Source: Candidatus Eiseniibacteriota bacterium (GTDB lineage Bacteria > Eisenbacteria > RBG-16-71-46). Taken from it: a DNA stretch of 64,000 bases. Within the stretch, counting starts at the first letter, position 1. Every line of letters begins with the position of its first letter. Shown one piece after another: positions 1 through 11,744 of the stretch. The stretch lies in assembly GCA_963717505.1 (NCBI GenBank), contig OY970342.1, positions 4,032,001-4,096,000 on the forward strand. Direction: 5' to 3'. The position numbers were made by a program, and so were the translations under genes. The notes beneath the pieces were generated by a model. It saw only the letters and a program-made list of their open reading frames with translations. It was not told the DNA's origin and did not search any database.

Positions 1-2318
1 ACCCGGTGCTTGCCCGGCGGCACCACCACCGCACGCAGCAGGTAGTCCGCCTTGAGCACGGGTACTGCCTTGCCGTCCACCGTCGCGGTCCAGTCCGGGT
101 ACCAGGCGTCGGCGAGACGAAGGATCGACTGGCCCGGAGTGTCCACGTCCACGATCACGTCGTTCAGTCCGTAGCGGCTGATGACCGCGGCCCCGCCTTC
201 GGCCGATCCCAGCTCCACCCCCGGATCCTTTTCGAGGAACGTGATCCGGGCCGGATCGGTGGCGCCGGCGCCCACCGAATCCAGGATCGCTCGGGCGGGC
301 GTGACCACTTCGTACTGATCGACGAGCGTGGCGCGCGGCAGCGCCAGCAGGTTCTCGTACACGTTCTGCGAGCCCGAGTATGCGACCCGCAGGTACGGAG
401 GCAGCGGATCCACGTTCTGCCGCGTGACGATGAAGCGGACGTTGAGCAGCCGCTGCCAGTCGGGGTTCATGATCAGGTTGGCCTCGATCAGGTCCTGAAT
501 CAGCCGCGGCTTGGCGGCGTGAGTGCCGCCCACCGATGCGATCCCGAATCCGGCGAATCGATTGTTCTGGAACTCGTCGAGCGGCAGGATGCGGAACGAT
601 CCGGGCGGCCCGGCCTGCTCGAGGAACTGAACCACGTCGTCCCGCCCGACGTCGAGATTGCGGCGCACCGGATCGCCGAGCACCGGCAACATGAGTTTTC
701 CGCCGATCGGCCACAGCTCGATCAGCACCAGCGCCAGAACCCCGATGCTGGCGATGCCGGCCGCCAGTCGCCCGCGCACCACGAGCAGAGCCAGGCCCAC
801 GGCCGCGAGCCCGTAGAAACACGCGCGCGCGAGATCTCCCACCCAGGCGCGGTAGGCCATCTCACCCAGCTCGGCGGTGTAGCCGGCGCCCGCGGCACTG
901 CGGGCCCGGAGCGCGCGGTCGACGTAGCCCGCGCGCCAGACGTCCTGGCGGAGCACGCCGCCGACCAGAATCACCACCAGCGCTCCGCCGAGAATCAGGA
1001 GGACCCGCGAGACGCGCGCCGCTCGTTCCGCTCCGGCGTCCCGGGCATCGAGCACGGCACTCCACCCCCACGCCACACCGAGGGCCGCGGCCAGCTGGAA
1101 CAGCAGGATGATCATCACCGGCACGCGGAACTTGTTGAACAGCGGCAGGTGCTCGTAGAGGAACCCGTAGAGCGGGAAGTAGCGGCCGAAGGAAATGACC
1201 AGCGCGACCGAAGCCAGCGCGACCGCGAAGCCACGCCGCCAGCCGGTGGCGAACCAGGCGAGCGGCGCCAGCAGCACGGCGACCATGCCGACGAAGGCGT
1301 TCGGATAGTCGGTGAACGGCATGCCGCCCCAGTAGGTCGCGCCGCCGAAGCCGACCCAGCCGGGCACGACGATCGCGGGCAGCTCGTAGGGCGCCATCGA
1401 CCAGCCGGTGGCGTACTCCATCCCGACGCCACCGCCGGCGCCGCCGCCGCGAATCGACCACTGCGCGTAGTCGCGCAGCGGCAGGTTGTAGAAGCCGGCG
1501 ATCCCGAAGGCGAACGCGGCCGCGCCGACGATCGCGACCGCGCGCACCGCACGCGTGGGCAGGGGTGCCGGCTCACGACCGGACTCCGGGGCGCGCAACG
1601 CCGCTGCGATCACGTCGACCATCGCGTAGAGCCCGACCGCCATCCAGGTGTAGAAGCAGATCTGGACGTGGCCGCGCAGCATCTGGAAGCCGCCGGCGAG
1701 CGCCAGCCAGCCGAGGTCGGTCCAGTTTCCCACGCGCGCATCCAGCGGGACGCGAGCCAGACCATGAGCGGCAGGTAGGCGGAGTTCACGAGCTGGCTGC
1801 CGTGTCCGTGCGAGCCGACCGCCACCAGGTTGGGCACGAACACGAACACGACGCCGGCGAGCAGCGCGCCCTCGGGTCGCGCGCCCCACTCGCGCGCCAG
1901 CAGGAACATGAACACTCCGCCGAGGAAGTAGTAGAGCAGCATCCAGGTCAGCTCGGGCAGCGGCAGCGACCTTCTGGAGCGATGCGCCACCGGCCAGTCG
2001 GGCGGGTAGATGAGCGGGTTGTACGCGCCGCTCGCGAACGACGGCATGCCGAGGAACACGTACGGGATTCCACAGCGGGTAGACGTGATCGTCGTAGAGC
2101 GACTGCTCGCCGATTCGGACGAACCCCGCGGGTGCCGTGGTGTCGGGCGAGACGAAGGTCTTGCCGCCGAGCACGACCTCGTGGAAGAAGATGACGACCA
2201 GCAACGCGAGGATGCCCGCGGCCCACGCGGTGCTCAGCGAGAAGCCGCGCCGGCTCGGGGCCGTTGCTCCGGTGGCGCTCTTGGCGCCGGACCGCTTCCC
2301 GGACTTGCGCTCGCTCAT
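1..2318 (-). CDS. YfhO-family (GT-C type) membrane glycosyltransferase; 3' end runs off the window; frameshifted around 1560-2070
   Basis: ATG at 2318 (MSERKSGKRSGAK...). Fragments contain FLGMPSFASGAYNPLIYPPDW and GSHGHGSQLVNSAYLP. The minus frame at the window edge reads VLKADYLLRAVVVPPGKHR, the typical YfhO C-terminal motif. Confidence 0.8.
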   Translation of the reverse strand, partial: MSERKSGKRSGAKSATGATAPSRRGFSLSTAWAAGILALLVVIFFHEVVLGGKTFVSPDTTAPAGFVRIGEQSLYDDHVYPLWNPVRVPRHAVVRERRVQPAHLPARLAGGASLQKVAAAARADLDAALLLPRRSVHVPAGARVGRATRGRAARRRRVRVRAQPGGGRLARTRQPARELRLPAAHGLARVPLDARVGNWTDLGWLALAGGFQMLRGHVQICFYTWMAVGLYAMVDVIAAALRAPESGREPAPLPTRAVRAVAIVGAAAFAFGIAGFYNLPLRDYAQWSIRGGGAGGGVGMEYATGWSMAPYELPAIVVPGWVGFGGATYWGGMPFTDYPNAFVGMVAVLLAPLAWFATGWRRGFAVALASVALVISFGRYFPLYGFLYEHLPLFNKFRVPVMIILLFQLAAALGVAWGWSAVLDARDAGAERAARVSRVLLILGGALVVILVGGVLRQDVWRAGYVDRALRARSAAGAGYTAELGEMAYRAWVGDLARACFYGLAAVGLALLVVRGRLAAGIASIGVLALVLIELWPIGGKLMLPVLGDPVRRNLDVGRDDVVQFLEQAGPPGSFRILPLDEFQNNRFAGFGIASVGGTHAAKPRLIQDLIEANLIMNPDWQRLLNVRFIVTRQNVDPLPPYLRVAYSGSQNVYENLLALPRATLVDQYEVVTPARAILDSVGAGATDPARITFLEKDPGVELGSAEGGAAVISRYGLNDVIVDVDTPGQSILRLADAWYPDWTATVDGKAVPVLKADYLLRAVVVPPGKHR

Positions 2319-2340
2319 CCCAGGCTCCAGCGCTCGCGGT

Positions 2341-3502
2341 TCACGCGGCGAGCCGCTCTTCGATCTCCGCGACCATGCGCGCCGCCAGCACCGACCAGTC
2401 GTGCGGCCGAGCCAGCGCGCGACAGCGTTCCGCGAGTTCGGCAGCCGCCGCCGAATCCCGGCGCGCGGCGAGTGCGGCGGCGACCGCGGCGGCCATTCCC
2501 GACGGGTCGGTGGCGAACGCCAGGGCCGGCGGATCCGGGGTCAGGTCGAGAATCGGCGTCGTGACCACCGGAATGCCGGCGGCCAGGTACTGGTAGACCT
2601 TGTTGGGATTGATACCCATCACGTACGGATCGCGCGCGCGAAACGGAATCACACCGACATCGAACGCCTGCATCACGGCGGGCACCTGGTCGTAGGGCAC
2701 GGCACCCAGCACGCGCACGCCGTCACGCCGAGCGAACTCGGCGAGCGCCCTGGCGGTCGCGGGCGTGCCGGGACCGACCAACACCAGGACGCCGTCGCCG
2801 CGGGCGCGCCGCAGGGCCTCGAGGGTTTCGAAGTCGAGGAAGTGCGACAGCAGCCCGAGGTAGCCGATCCGCGGGCGCGGCAGGTCGCGCAGCCGGTCGG
2901 GCTCGGGGACCGGGCGCGCGAAGTGCTCCCACTCGACTCCGTTTCCGAGCAGGACCAGCGGCCGGTCGGTCTCGCGGCTCAATTCGCGGCGGTAGTGCTC
3001 GGAGACCACGAAGAACAGGTCGACCTGGTCGCGGGTGCGCTGCCAGTACTCGCGGGCCCAGGACGGCGAGGTCGAGAACTGAAACGGGGAGTCATTGAAG
3101 TCGTAGAATACACGCCGGGCCGAGAGCCCGCGAAAGCGCGCGGGCGGCATAGATGTTCGACGCGAGCACCACCGGTGCCTGCTCGACCCCGAGTCGCTGC
3201 AGCATGCGCCGCAGGTGCGCTCGGCCGCGGCGCCCTCGATCAGGGATCGCGCCCGCGCCGGTCGCGGTCATCGCGTTGTAGAGCGGATTCCGGGTGCCGG
3301 GCTTCAGGAACGGCACCGTGAAGTAGGTGACGTTGCCCTCGCGTCGCGGCGTCCACGGATCACCTCGGCGTCCGCCCGGCGGCTGGGCGAAGAACACGCG
3401 CCAGCGCTCGGGGAAGCGCGACAGCAGGAACTGCTTGCGCGTGCGGAAGTATCCCCAGCGCACTTCGGACAGGACGAGCAGGTCCATGTGCGGGCGGGTC
3501 AC
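2341..3502 (-). CDS. GT-B glycosyltransferase (TuaH-like GT4), frameshifted
   Basis: N-part MDLLVLSEVRWGYFRTRKQFLLSRF (ORF 3092-3502). C-part LLGNGVEWEHF, IGYLGLL and NPNKVYQYLAAGIPVVTT (ORF 2341-3150). Confidence 0.85.
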
Positions 3503-3633
3503 GCGATCGCCGTCATCACCCGTGAGATCGGCGGCACGCCTACGCGGCGGTCACGCCCGCAGGAGTCGCGTTCGCACGGCCCGGCCAGCGTCGCGGCCGC
3601 GCGGTCGGCGCCGGCACCCGCAAGCCGCGCCGC

Positions 3634-5623
3634 TCACCCCGGATCCCCGCCGAGGAAGTGCCGCGCCCAGGCCTCGAGCGACAGCCAGCGCCAGACCTGG
3701 AGCCCGATCGGCGCGCCGGCCGTCGAGGTAGTCCTCGAGTTCGTCGCGCAGCGCCGCGGGGTCGACCCACTCGTGCAGCGGCCCGTAGAACAGCAGGCGC
3801 CGCCGCACCTCGCCCGCGTAGCGACCGCGCAGCCAGAGGTCGGTCGGCGTCTCGAACCCCATCTTGTCGCGGCGCGCGAGCATCGCGCGGCGGCACGCGA
3901 TCGGCGAGCGCGCGGCGCAGCGATCACCTTGGTGGTGCCGCCGTCCAGCTTCTGATCGTCGGGCAGCGAGAACACGAACTCGACCAGCCGATAGTCGAGG
4001 AACGGCAGCCGGGTCTCGATCGAGAACGCCATGCTGTTGCGATCCTCGTAGCGCAGCAGCGACGGCAGCAGACGTTGGAGCGTGTCGAAGGCGAGCTGGC
4101 GCTGGAGCCCGGTCGCGAAGCGGGGATCGGGGCGCGGCGGCGACGGTCGGCTCAGCCGACCGGAGCGCAACGCCGGGCCGAGCACGCGGTCCTTGCCCTG
4201 GCCGAAGTGCCGGCGCAGGCCCGCCACCAAGGGCGGCGGCAGCCACGGCTCGAACGTGAGCGCGAGCGTGGTCGTGAGCCCGAGCCGCGCGGCACCGCGC
4301 CGAGCAGCGCGGCGAACGCTCCCAGCTTGCCGTCGATCAGGTGGTCGCGCAGCCGCATCGGCAGGTAGCGGAAGTAGCCGGCCAGCGTCTCGTCGCCGCC
4401 CTGGCCGTCGAGCAGCACCTTGAGCCCGGCGCGTTGCGCGAGCTCCATCACCTGCCACTGGGAATAGAGCGCCGGGACCGGCGGTGGGCTCGTCCTGCGC
4501 CACCGCCAGGCGGTCGAACACGCCCCAGAAGTCGTCGCCGTCGCGGCACGACACGTGCGAGACGGCGCCGCTCGCCTCGCACACGTCGCTTCACGTATGG
4601 CCGCTCGTCGTAGTCGGGTCCTTCGTCGTAGGCGCAGGTGAACGCGTGGATCGGCTGGCTCGATCTGGCGAGCGGCCGTGGTCACCACCGCGCTCGAGTC
4701 GATGCCGCCCGACAGGCACGAACCAACCTCGACGTCGGCGCGCAGCCGGATGCGGACCGCGTCGGTGAACAGGCGCTCGAATTCGCGCGTCCACTCCTCG
4801 GGGTCGCCGTGAGCGCGGCGTGCGGGATCGAGACTCCACCAGCGTCGATCCGAACGCCGTCGCTCGGCCAACGTCAGCGAGTGTCCCGCCGGCAGCTGCT
4901 CGACACCCTCGAAGAACGTGGACGTCTCGTGGTCCACCCAGTCGAGCGCGAGCAGGTCGCGCACCGCCTCGAGACGCGGCGCGGATGCGGAAGCTCCTGG
5001 GTCAGGACCAGCGCCCGCGGCTCGGATGCGAACGCGAAGTTGCGACCGTCCCACTGGTAGTAGAACGGCTTGACGCCGAAGCGGTCGCGGGCGCAGAACA
5101 GCTCGCGGCGTGCGCGCGTCCCACAGCGCGAACGCGAACATGCCGTTCAGGCGACCGAGGCAGCTCGCGCCCCCACGCGCCGCCACGCCGCGAGCATCAC
5201 CTCGGTGTCGGTGCCGCTCTGGAAACGGTCGCCCAGCGCCTTCGAGCTCCGCGCGCAGCTCGACGTGGTTGTAGATCTCGCCGTTGTAGGTGATCCAACA
5301 GGTGGCGTCGGCGTCGCACATCGGCCCGTGGCCGGCGGCACTCAGGTCCACGATCGCCAGCCGGCGATTGACGAAGCCGAGCCGCAGCGGACGCGTGCCG
5401 GGATCGCCGTGCCGGCGTCCGGGGGCATACGGCAGGGAGCTGGCGAGCACTGCGTCCGGGGTGTCCGGCCCGCCGAGGGTGATGAAGTCGCCGGTCTCCG
5501 GCGTCGAGCAACACGATGCCCTCGTCGTCCGGTCCGCGGTGACGCAGCAGTCGACGCCATGCGGCGCAGCCGGTCCAGATCCGCTCGGCCTTCGGCCCGC
5601 AGCACCCCCGCGATTCCGCACAT
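3634..5623 (-). CDS. asnB: Asparagine synthase (glutamine-hydrolysing)-like amidotransferase, several frameshifts
   Basis: Ntn start MCGIAG; RRLAIVDLS; YNGEIYNHVELR; LNGMFAFALWD; SCLSGGIDSS; LDGQGGDE; LLRYEDRNSMAFSIETRLPFLD, spread over several frames. Confidence 0.9.
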
Positions 5624-5648
5624 CGGTGGATCGTCCTCCTGTCGTCGA

Positions 5649-7117
5649 CTAGCTCGGCCGCGGCCCCGTGCCCGGAACCGGCGCCGGTGCGGCCACTCCC
5701 GGCGCGATCGCGCCGGCGTCCCGATGAACTTTGAACACGATGCAGCCGGCGGCGAACGCGACCGCGATCGCCAGCTTCATCGCGGTGCCGAGAATTCCGG
5801 GCGGCGCCAGTCGCTGCGCGACGAACGCGAGCCCGAGCCCGACCGACACCAGCACCACCGCGCGTCCTCCCCGCAACGGCAACGGGTGCACGCGCTGGGC
5901 GACACCGTACGTCACGATCGCGGTCGCCGCATAGGCGGCGAAGGTCGCGAACGCCGCGCCCGGGGCGCCGAAGCGGGGCGTGAACGCGAACTGAGCCACG
6001 AGCGCAACGATCGCACCGATTCCCGCGCACCAGGCGAGCAGTGGCGTGCGCAGCGCCAGCCCGATCCCGAGCGAGGCGACAGTGTAGGCGCCGAACGCCA
6101 CGGCGGCAAAGCATAGCCACACCGCGGGCAGTGCTGCCGCCGCGTAGCGTGAGGGCACCAGGAACGCCAGCGCTTCGGGCGCGAAGGCGGCGACCACCAG
6201 CGCGCCCAGGGTCGCCACCGCCAGGTAGCCGAGGAACACGCGCGCGTAGAGCCGCGGCGCCTCGGGCGTCTCGGCGCGCGCGAACGCGAACGGCCCATAC
6301 GCCAGCTGGAAAGCCGAGGCCGCCAGCGACACGACCGCGAAGCACTTGAGCGCCACCGCGTAGATCGCGACTTCCTCCAGCGATTGCGTCCGTTGCAGGA
6401 CGAAGCGGTCGAGACCGGCGATCACCGCGAAGCCGAAGGCGGCCGGAACCGCCGGGATGCCGTACGAGAGCATGCGCGCGAGGCTCGCGCGACTGAAGGC
6501 GGGCGCCAGCGAGTGCCGGAGCAACACCAGCGCCAGCACGGTCGAGATCATGTCGCCGAGCAGGCGCCCGTAGAGCACTCCAACCACGCCCGCCTCGCGG
6601 ACCAGGACGAAGTAGAGCGAGAAGCCGGCCACCAGAACGGTCTGGGTCAAGTTGAGCGCGATGTACTTCCAGGGCTGGAATGTCACCCGCAGCACGTCGT
6701 TGCCGAACATCACCAGCAGCGTGAACGGCAGCGTCACCGCGCCGAGCAGCAGGTACTTACGGTAGGCCTCGCCGCTCATGAGCAACCCCGCGAGCGGACC
6801 CGACAGCAACGCGAGGAGGACGGCGAGCCCCGTGCTGGTCGCGAGGCGGAAGGCGAGTGACGACGACACCATGCGCACGCGCGCCTCGCGATCCGGCTCC
6901 TGATAGAAGAAGCGCGCGAGTGCGCCGTCCATGCCATGACCATCACCAGCAGCACGGTCTGCGAGTAACCGACCACCAGCTCGCTGACGCCGAACGCCTC
7001 GGGCGTCAGCGCCCGGGTGAGCACCGGCACCAGCAGCAGCTGGACCGCGCGTCCACCGACCTGGCCGAGTCCGTAGACCACCGACTCCGCGGTCAGCCGC
7101 CGCAGCGCTTCACGCAT
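5649..7117 (-). CDS. Wzx/MOP-family oligosaccharide flippase, one frameshift near 6935
   Basis: MREALRRLTAESVVYGLGQVGGRAVQLLLVPVLTRALTPEAFG, then a multi-TM 427-aa ORF with LDRFVLQ...EVAIYAVA. Confidence 0.85.
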
Positions 7118-7952
7118 GCCGGGTGGAACGCGGCCGGCCGAAAGCGTTTTCGCGCCCGCACCACGGGCATCGCCAGCGGTCCGGCCAGGGTGCCGCGGCG
7201 TCCACGATGCTGTGCTCGCCGCACTCACGGCACACGTGCGTGACCTGTCTGAGCCCGCGCACGCCGGTGCGGCGCAGGTGCAGGACGTAGTTCGCGTCGC
7301 GCGCGAGATCCAGCCCGAACGCCCGATGCAGCCAGGCGAGCGCGTCGGTGAACGGGTCCTGGAGCGGCTTGGTGCGCGCGTCGTTCATCCACGAGAACCC
7401 GGCCGGAACGCGCGCATGGGCGACCAGCTCCATGCCGCGCGCCTGGAACAGATCGAGGAGCTTCTGCAGATCGAAGCGCTGTTGGTGCTCGATGCGCTTG
7501 CCGAACTTGCCGAGCGCGTACTTGGCGAAGTAGCCGGCGAAGCGATAGAGCCGGTCGTCGAACGACGCCGAGCGCGGCACCGACAGATAGAGAGCGCCCC
7601 CGTGCCGGGTGACGCGCACCAGCTCGTCGCAGCAGGCCTCGAGTTCGGTGACGTGCTCGAGCACGTAGTGGCACACGGTGAGGTCGAAGGCGGCGTCGCG
7701 GAGCGGCAGCCGCGCCAGGTCGCCCCGGAACACGCGCACGTGTGCCGCCGGCGCCGGCGGGCCCGGCGGGAACTTGACGTCGAATCCGGTGATCGGGAGA
7801 TCGCTCCGCCGCGCGTACGGCCACGAACCGGGTCCGCAGCCGGCGTCGAGCACGCGCGCCCCGGGCGGCAGCGCGTCGATCATCTCGTAGAGAAAGAGCG
7901 GCGCTTCGTCTTCGGCGCGCACCGGTTTCCGCCCGTCGACGGATCGGCTCAC
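7110..7952 (-). CDS. Class I SAM-dependent methyltransferase with C-terminal Zn-ribbon-like motif
   Basis: VLDAGCGPG motif I; LPLRDAAFDLTVCHYVLEHV; C-terminal CRECG...RCPWCG. GTG start overlaps the upstream stop. Confidence 0.85.
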   Translation of the reverse strand: MSRSVDGRKPVRAEDEAPLFLYEMIDALPPGARVLDAGCGPGSWPYARRSDLPITGFDVKFPPGPPAPAAHVRVFRGDLARLPLRDAAFDLTVCHYVLEHVTELEACCDELVRVTRHGGALYLSVPRSASFDDRLYRFAGYFAKYALGKFGKRIEHQQRFDLQKLLDLFQARGMELVAHARVPAGFSWMNDARTKPLQDPFTDALAWLHRAFGLDLARDANYVLHLRRTGVRGLRQVTHVCRECGEHSIVDAAAPWPDRWRCPWCGRENAFGRPRSTRHA

Positions 7953-8857
7953 CACCGCACCTCCCCCGCCGGAAGCCCGCGCGCGGCGTCCGCGAAGGCG
8001 CGCGGCACCGCCAGGGCCGCGGTCCCGTGCCCACGCACCGCGAGCCACACCGCCAATACCAGCTGCTGCGCCGCGAACGCCGGCAGCCAGGTCAGCCGGC
8101 CGATCCCGCGCGCATGACGCGCGAACATCGTCAGGTTGGCGCGCAGACGCTGGTAGATCTTCCACGGACTCGCCGCCCCCGAGCTCGCCGACACCTGATG
8201 CCAGAGCCTCGCGGTCGGCACGAACCGCAGCCCGAATCCGGCGTTTCGCGCGCGCAGGCACCAGTCGCAGTCCTCGGCGTAGATGAAGTAGCACTCGTCG
8301 AGCAGGCCGACGCGCTCCCAGACTTCGCGGCGCGCCAGCAGGCAGCAGCCGGTCAGGTAGCCGGTCGACTCGACCGCCCGATAACGGCCGTCGTCGAGTG
8401 CGCGCAGTCCGCGATGGGATGCGTGCCCGAGCGCCGGAATACAGCGTCCGCCCGCGTACCAGATGCGCCGGGTCGGTGCCGCGAAATAGATGAGCGGCGC
8501 GGCCGCACCCGCGGCGGGGTCCTGTTCCAGCGCCAACAGCAAGTGCTCGATCATGCCGGGATCGGCCTGCGTGTCGTTGTTGAGCAGCATGATCGCGTCG
8601 TCACCGCGCGCGAGCGACCGCCTGAGTCCTTCGTTGTTGCCGCCGGCGAAGCGCCGATTCTCGCCGAGCGGCACCCACTCCACGCCGGGGAACTCCCGCG
8701 GAATCGCCTCGACCGAGCCGTCGGTCGAGCCGTTGTCGACCACCATCACCCGCATCCGCCAGCCTTCGGCGACGCGGCAGCGTTCGAGCGTGGGCAGCAG
8801 CGCTCGCGTGTCGGCGAGTCCGTTCCAGTTGAGGACGATCACCGTCAGCGTCTTCAC
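7949..8857 (-). CDS. GT2 family glycosyltransferase (WbbL/rhamnosyltransferase-like)
   Basis: VIVLNWNG, VVDNGSTDGS, NRRFAGGNNEG, LLNNDT, GLLDECYFIYAEDCDWCLR. Confidence 0.9.
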   Translation of the reverse strand: MKTLTVIVLNWNGLADTRALLPTLERCRVAEGWRMRVMVVDNGSTDGSVEAIPREFPGVEWVPLGENRRFAGGNNEGLRRSLARGDDAIMLLNNDTQADPGMIEHLLLALEQDPAAGAAAPLIYFAAPTRRIWYAGGRCIPALGHASHRGLRALDDGRYRAVESTGYLTGCCLLARREVWERVGLLDECYFIYAEDCDWCLRARNAGFGLRFVPTARLWHQVSASSGAASPWKIYQRLRANLTMFARHARGIGRLTWLPAFAAQQLVLAVWLAVRGHGTAALAVPRAFADAARGLPAGEVRW

Positions 8858-10526
8858 GTTTCCGCCTCGCGCCGCGCGGCGCGCCCGGCGCGCCGCCAGG
8901 CGCCCGCGGCGAGCACCGCGAGCGTCAGCGCCGCGATCGCCAGTGGCCAGGGGGCAAACCCGGCGTACCCGAGATAGGCCCACCAGAAGTCGAGCGCGTG
9001 CAGCAGTCGCTCCTGATCCTCGGCGCCGACGCCGATCCGGTCCGCGGCGGCGGCCGGATCGCCGGCGGCTCCGCCCGCGCTCGCGTCCCGCGCTCCGCCG
9101 ACTCGGAGCGACGGCCCCTCGCCGCGCACGAACTCGCCCGTGTTGCGAATCAGCATCCGCCAGTGATCGACGATCGGGGTGAAGCGCGGGTTGAAGTGAC
9201 TGTCGCTCATGAAGCGCGGATGCTCGAGCGGCAGCGTGTAGGGATAGTCCCCGGCCTCGCGCATCTGGGCGCCGAAGTAGACGCCGACCCCGCCGATCTG
9301 GACCAGGGTTCCGAGCACGCCGAGCGTCCAGGCCCAACGCCGCACCGCGCGGCTGCCGCGCTCGAGCACCAGTGCCGCGACCAGGAACGCGAGCGGCAGG
9401 ACCGGAATCAGGTAGCGCGGACCGAACGAGCCGTCGCCCGCCCAGTGCTGGAAGCGTCCATAGAGCAACAGCGCGGCCAAGCTCGCGGCCAGCGCCCCGA
9501 AGCGCACCCGCTGGACCGGGGTCATCGCGGCCGCGGCGCGCCGCCATCCGCGCGCGACGCGCACGTCGGGATCGCGCGATGGCGGCAGCTCGGCGAACGG
9601 CAGCGCCCCCGAGAGCCAGCGCGGCAGCGCCAGCCACAGGGCGGGCGCGAACCACAACACGCCCTTCCCCGACGACAGCAGCAGTCCGAAGAGCCCGACC
9701 CAGAGCGGCGTGGTGTAGGCCGAAGCCGTGGCCTGCGCCCCGTAGCCGGTTTCGAACGGGGTGCCGAAGCGCGCCAGGTTGTAGATCCCGTGCCCGGCGA
9801 GTGCTGCCGCCAGCCCCAGAATCGGCGCGCGCCACGCCCGCGCCGGGCGGCCGATCAGCGTGGTCAGCACGCGAGGGCGAGGGGCAGCATGCTGAGCTTG
9901 ACCGAAACCGCGAGCCAAACGCCGAGCCCGGCCATGCGTTCGGGCCGCGCATCACGACGCCCGGCGCCCACACCCGCACAGCCGGCGAGCGCCAGCAACA
10001 ATCCCAGCGCCTGGAGCGGCTCGGCCATGAAGCTCTTCGCGTACACCCAGAGCGGCGTCGATAGGCCGAGCAGCAGCGTCGCCCCGAACGCCGAGCGCGG
10101 ACCCACGTCCAGGCGCCGCGTCACGGTGTAGAACACCGCGAGCAGGATCGCGGTGACCATGGCGTTGAAGAACGACGCGCCGAAACGCTCGGCGAGATCG
10201 CGACGCGGCGCATCGATTGGCGCCGCGCGCACCGCGGCCTCGACCGCGGCCACCCACGGCAAGGCGATCACCGCCTGCGCCGCGGCGTTCTTCGTGTAGT
10301 GGCGGCCATCCGGCCCCTCGAGGGTCGCGCCCTCGGGCACCGCCAGATCGCCGCGCAGCATCGAGCGCGACAGCTCGAACATCGTGAGCTCATCGCTGCC
10401 GACGATCCGCCCGCCGCCGGTGAGCGCAAACAGGAGAGCCGCGGCGACGGCGATCCGCCAGGCCACGTCGCGGGTCGCGGGCCAGCGAATGGCGCGCGAA
10501 GGGCCCGCGCCCGGAGTCGCGCTCAC
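8854..10526 (-). CDS. GT-C fold membrane glycosyltransferase (PMT/ArnT-like), frameshift near 9880
   Basis: Acidic GSDE after TM1; WVYAKSFMAEPL; YNLARFGTPFETGY; LLSSGKGVLWFAP; WAGDGSFGPRYLIP; many TM segments. Confidence 0.7.
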
Positions 10527-11728
10527 GAGCGGGACTCCGACCAGCCGCGGCCCGGCGCCAGCGCGTCGATCAGCGACTCGGCGCCTCGGCCAGCGCCTGC
10601 CACGAGTGGGCGCTCTGGAGCGCGTGCCACCCCCGCGCGCATCCCGGGGCCGAGGTCCATGGCGAAGTATCGGACGATCGCGGCCGCGAGTACCTCCGGA
10701 TCTTCCGGCGCCACGATCAGCCCGGTCTCTCCCGTCGGTCACGGTCTCCGCCAGCCCGCCGACGTCCGTGGTGATCACCGGCACGCCCAGCGCGTAGGCG
10801 ACGTGCGGTCACGCCGCTCTGAGTCGCCGAGCGATAGGGCAGCACGACCACGTCCGCCGCCTTGAACACGGCTTCGACCTCGTCGTCGGGCAGGTAGCGC
10901 TCGAGCAGCCGAACGTGCGGCTCGCCGCCGGCGCGCACCGCCAGGTCGCGGTAGGGTGCGGCATCCTCGTAGAACTCCCCCGCCACGATCAGCGTCGCCG
11001 GCGCGCGCTGGGCGCGCACCGCGGGCCAGGCCGCGAGCAGCGTGTCGAGACCCTTGTAGCGACGCACGTAGCCGAAGAACAGCACCACCTCGTCGCGCTC
11101 TGGAATTCCGAGCCGCTGTCGCGCCGAGACCCGATCGTAGCGGCCGCGGTCGAACTGCGCGTAGAACGGATGCGGCACGCGGCGCCGCGGCGCTCCCGGC
11201 TTGAGCCGATCGAGGTCGCGCTCCACGCAGTCCGACATGACCAGGTAGCCGTCGGAGTTGCGCAGCATCCAGTGGGTGAAGGCCCCGTCGAATGGCCGCC
11301 GCTCGTGCGGCACCAGGTTGTCGCACACCAGAACGACGCGCGTACCCCGCCGGCGCAACGGACCGACCGACGAGGCGAAGGCCGGCGCGAAGAACGGGAT
11401 CCACCACTTGAGGATCACGGCTCCCGGCGCGAATCGTTCGAGCCGTGCGGCCACCTGTCGCCAGCTCCAGGGCGCGATCGAGTCGAGCAGCGATTCGACG
11501 GGAAAGGCCGGACGCGGAGCCTGCGGGTCGAGCTGTGAGCGTGCCCGGGAACAGGAATCCCGGATACTGGCGGGTGAAGGTGACGCCGAACACTTCGGCG
11601 CGCGCGCTCAACGCCTCGCCCAGCAACGCCAGGTACTGCGCGAGTCCGCCGCGCCACGGGGCCAGCGGCCCGAGCAGCGCCACGCGGCGACCGCCGGCCT
11701 CGCGACCCGCTCCCGTCGCCGGCGTCAC
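10523..11728 (-). CDS. GT4 family glycosyltransferase, frameshifted
   Basis: LLGPLAPWRGGLAQY; KWWIPFFAP; LFFGYVRRYKGLD; ADVVVLPYRSATQSGV; PVITTDVGGLAE across several frames. Confidence 0.88.
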
Positions 11729-11744
11729 CGGTGCCGTCCGCGCC

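Noticed and set aside
6-1778. Long plus-strand ORFs (6-1778, 32183-35185, 48571-51249, 30733-32775 and others)
   Set aside because: They are antisense shadows of well-supported minus-strand genes, an expected effect of high GC at third codon positions, and contain no motifs.
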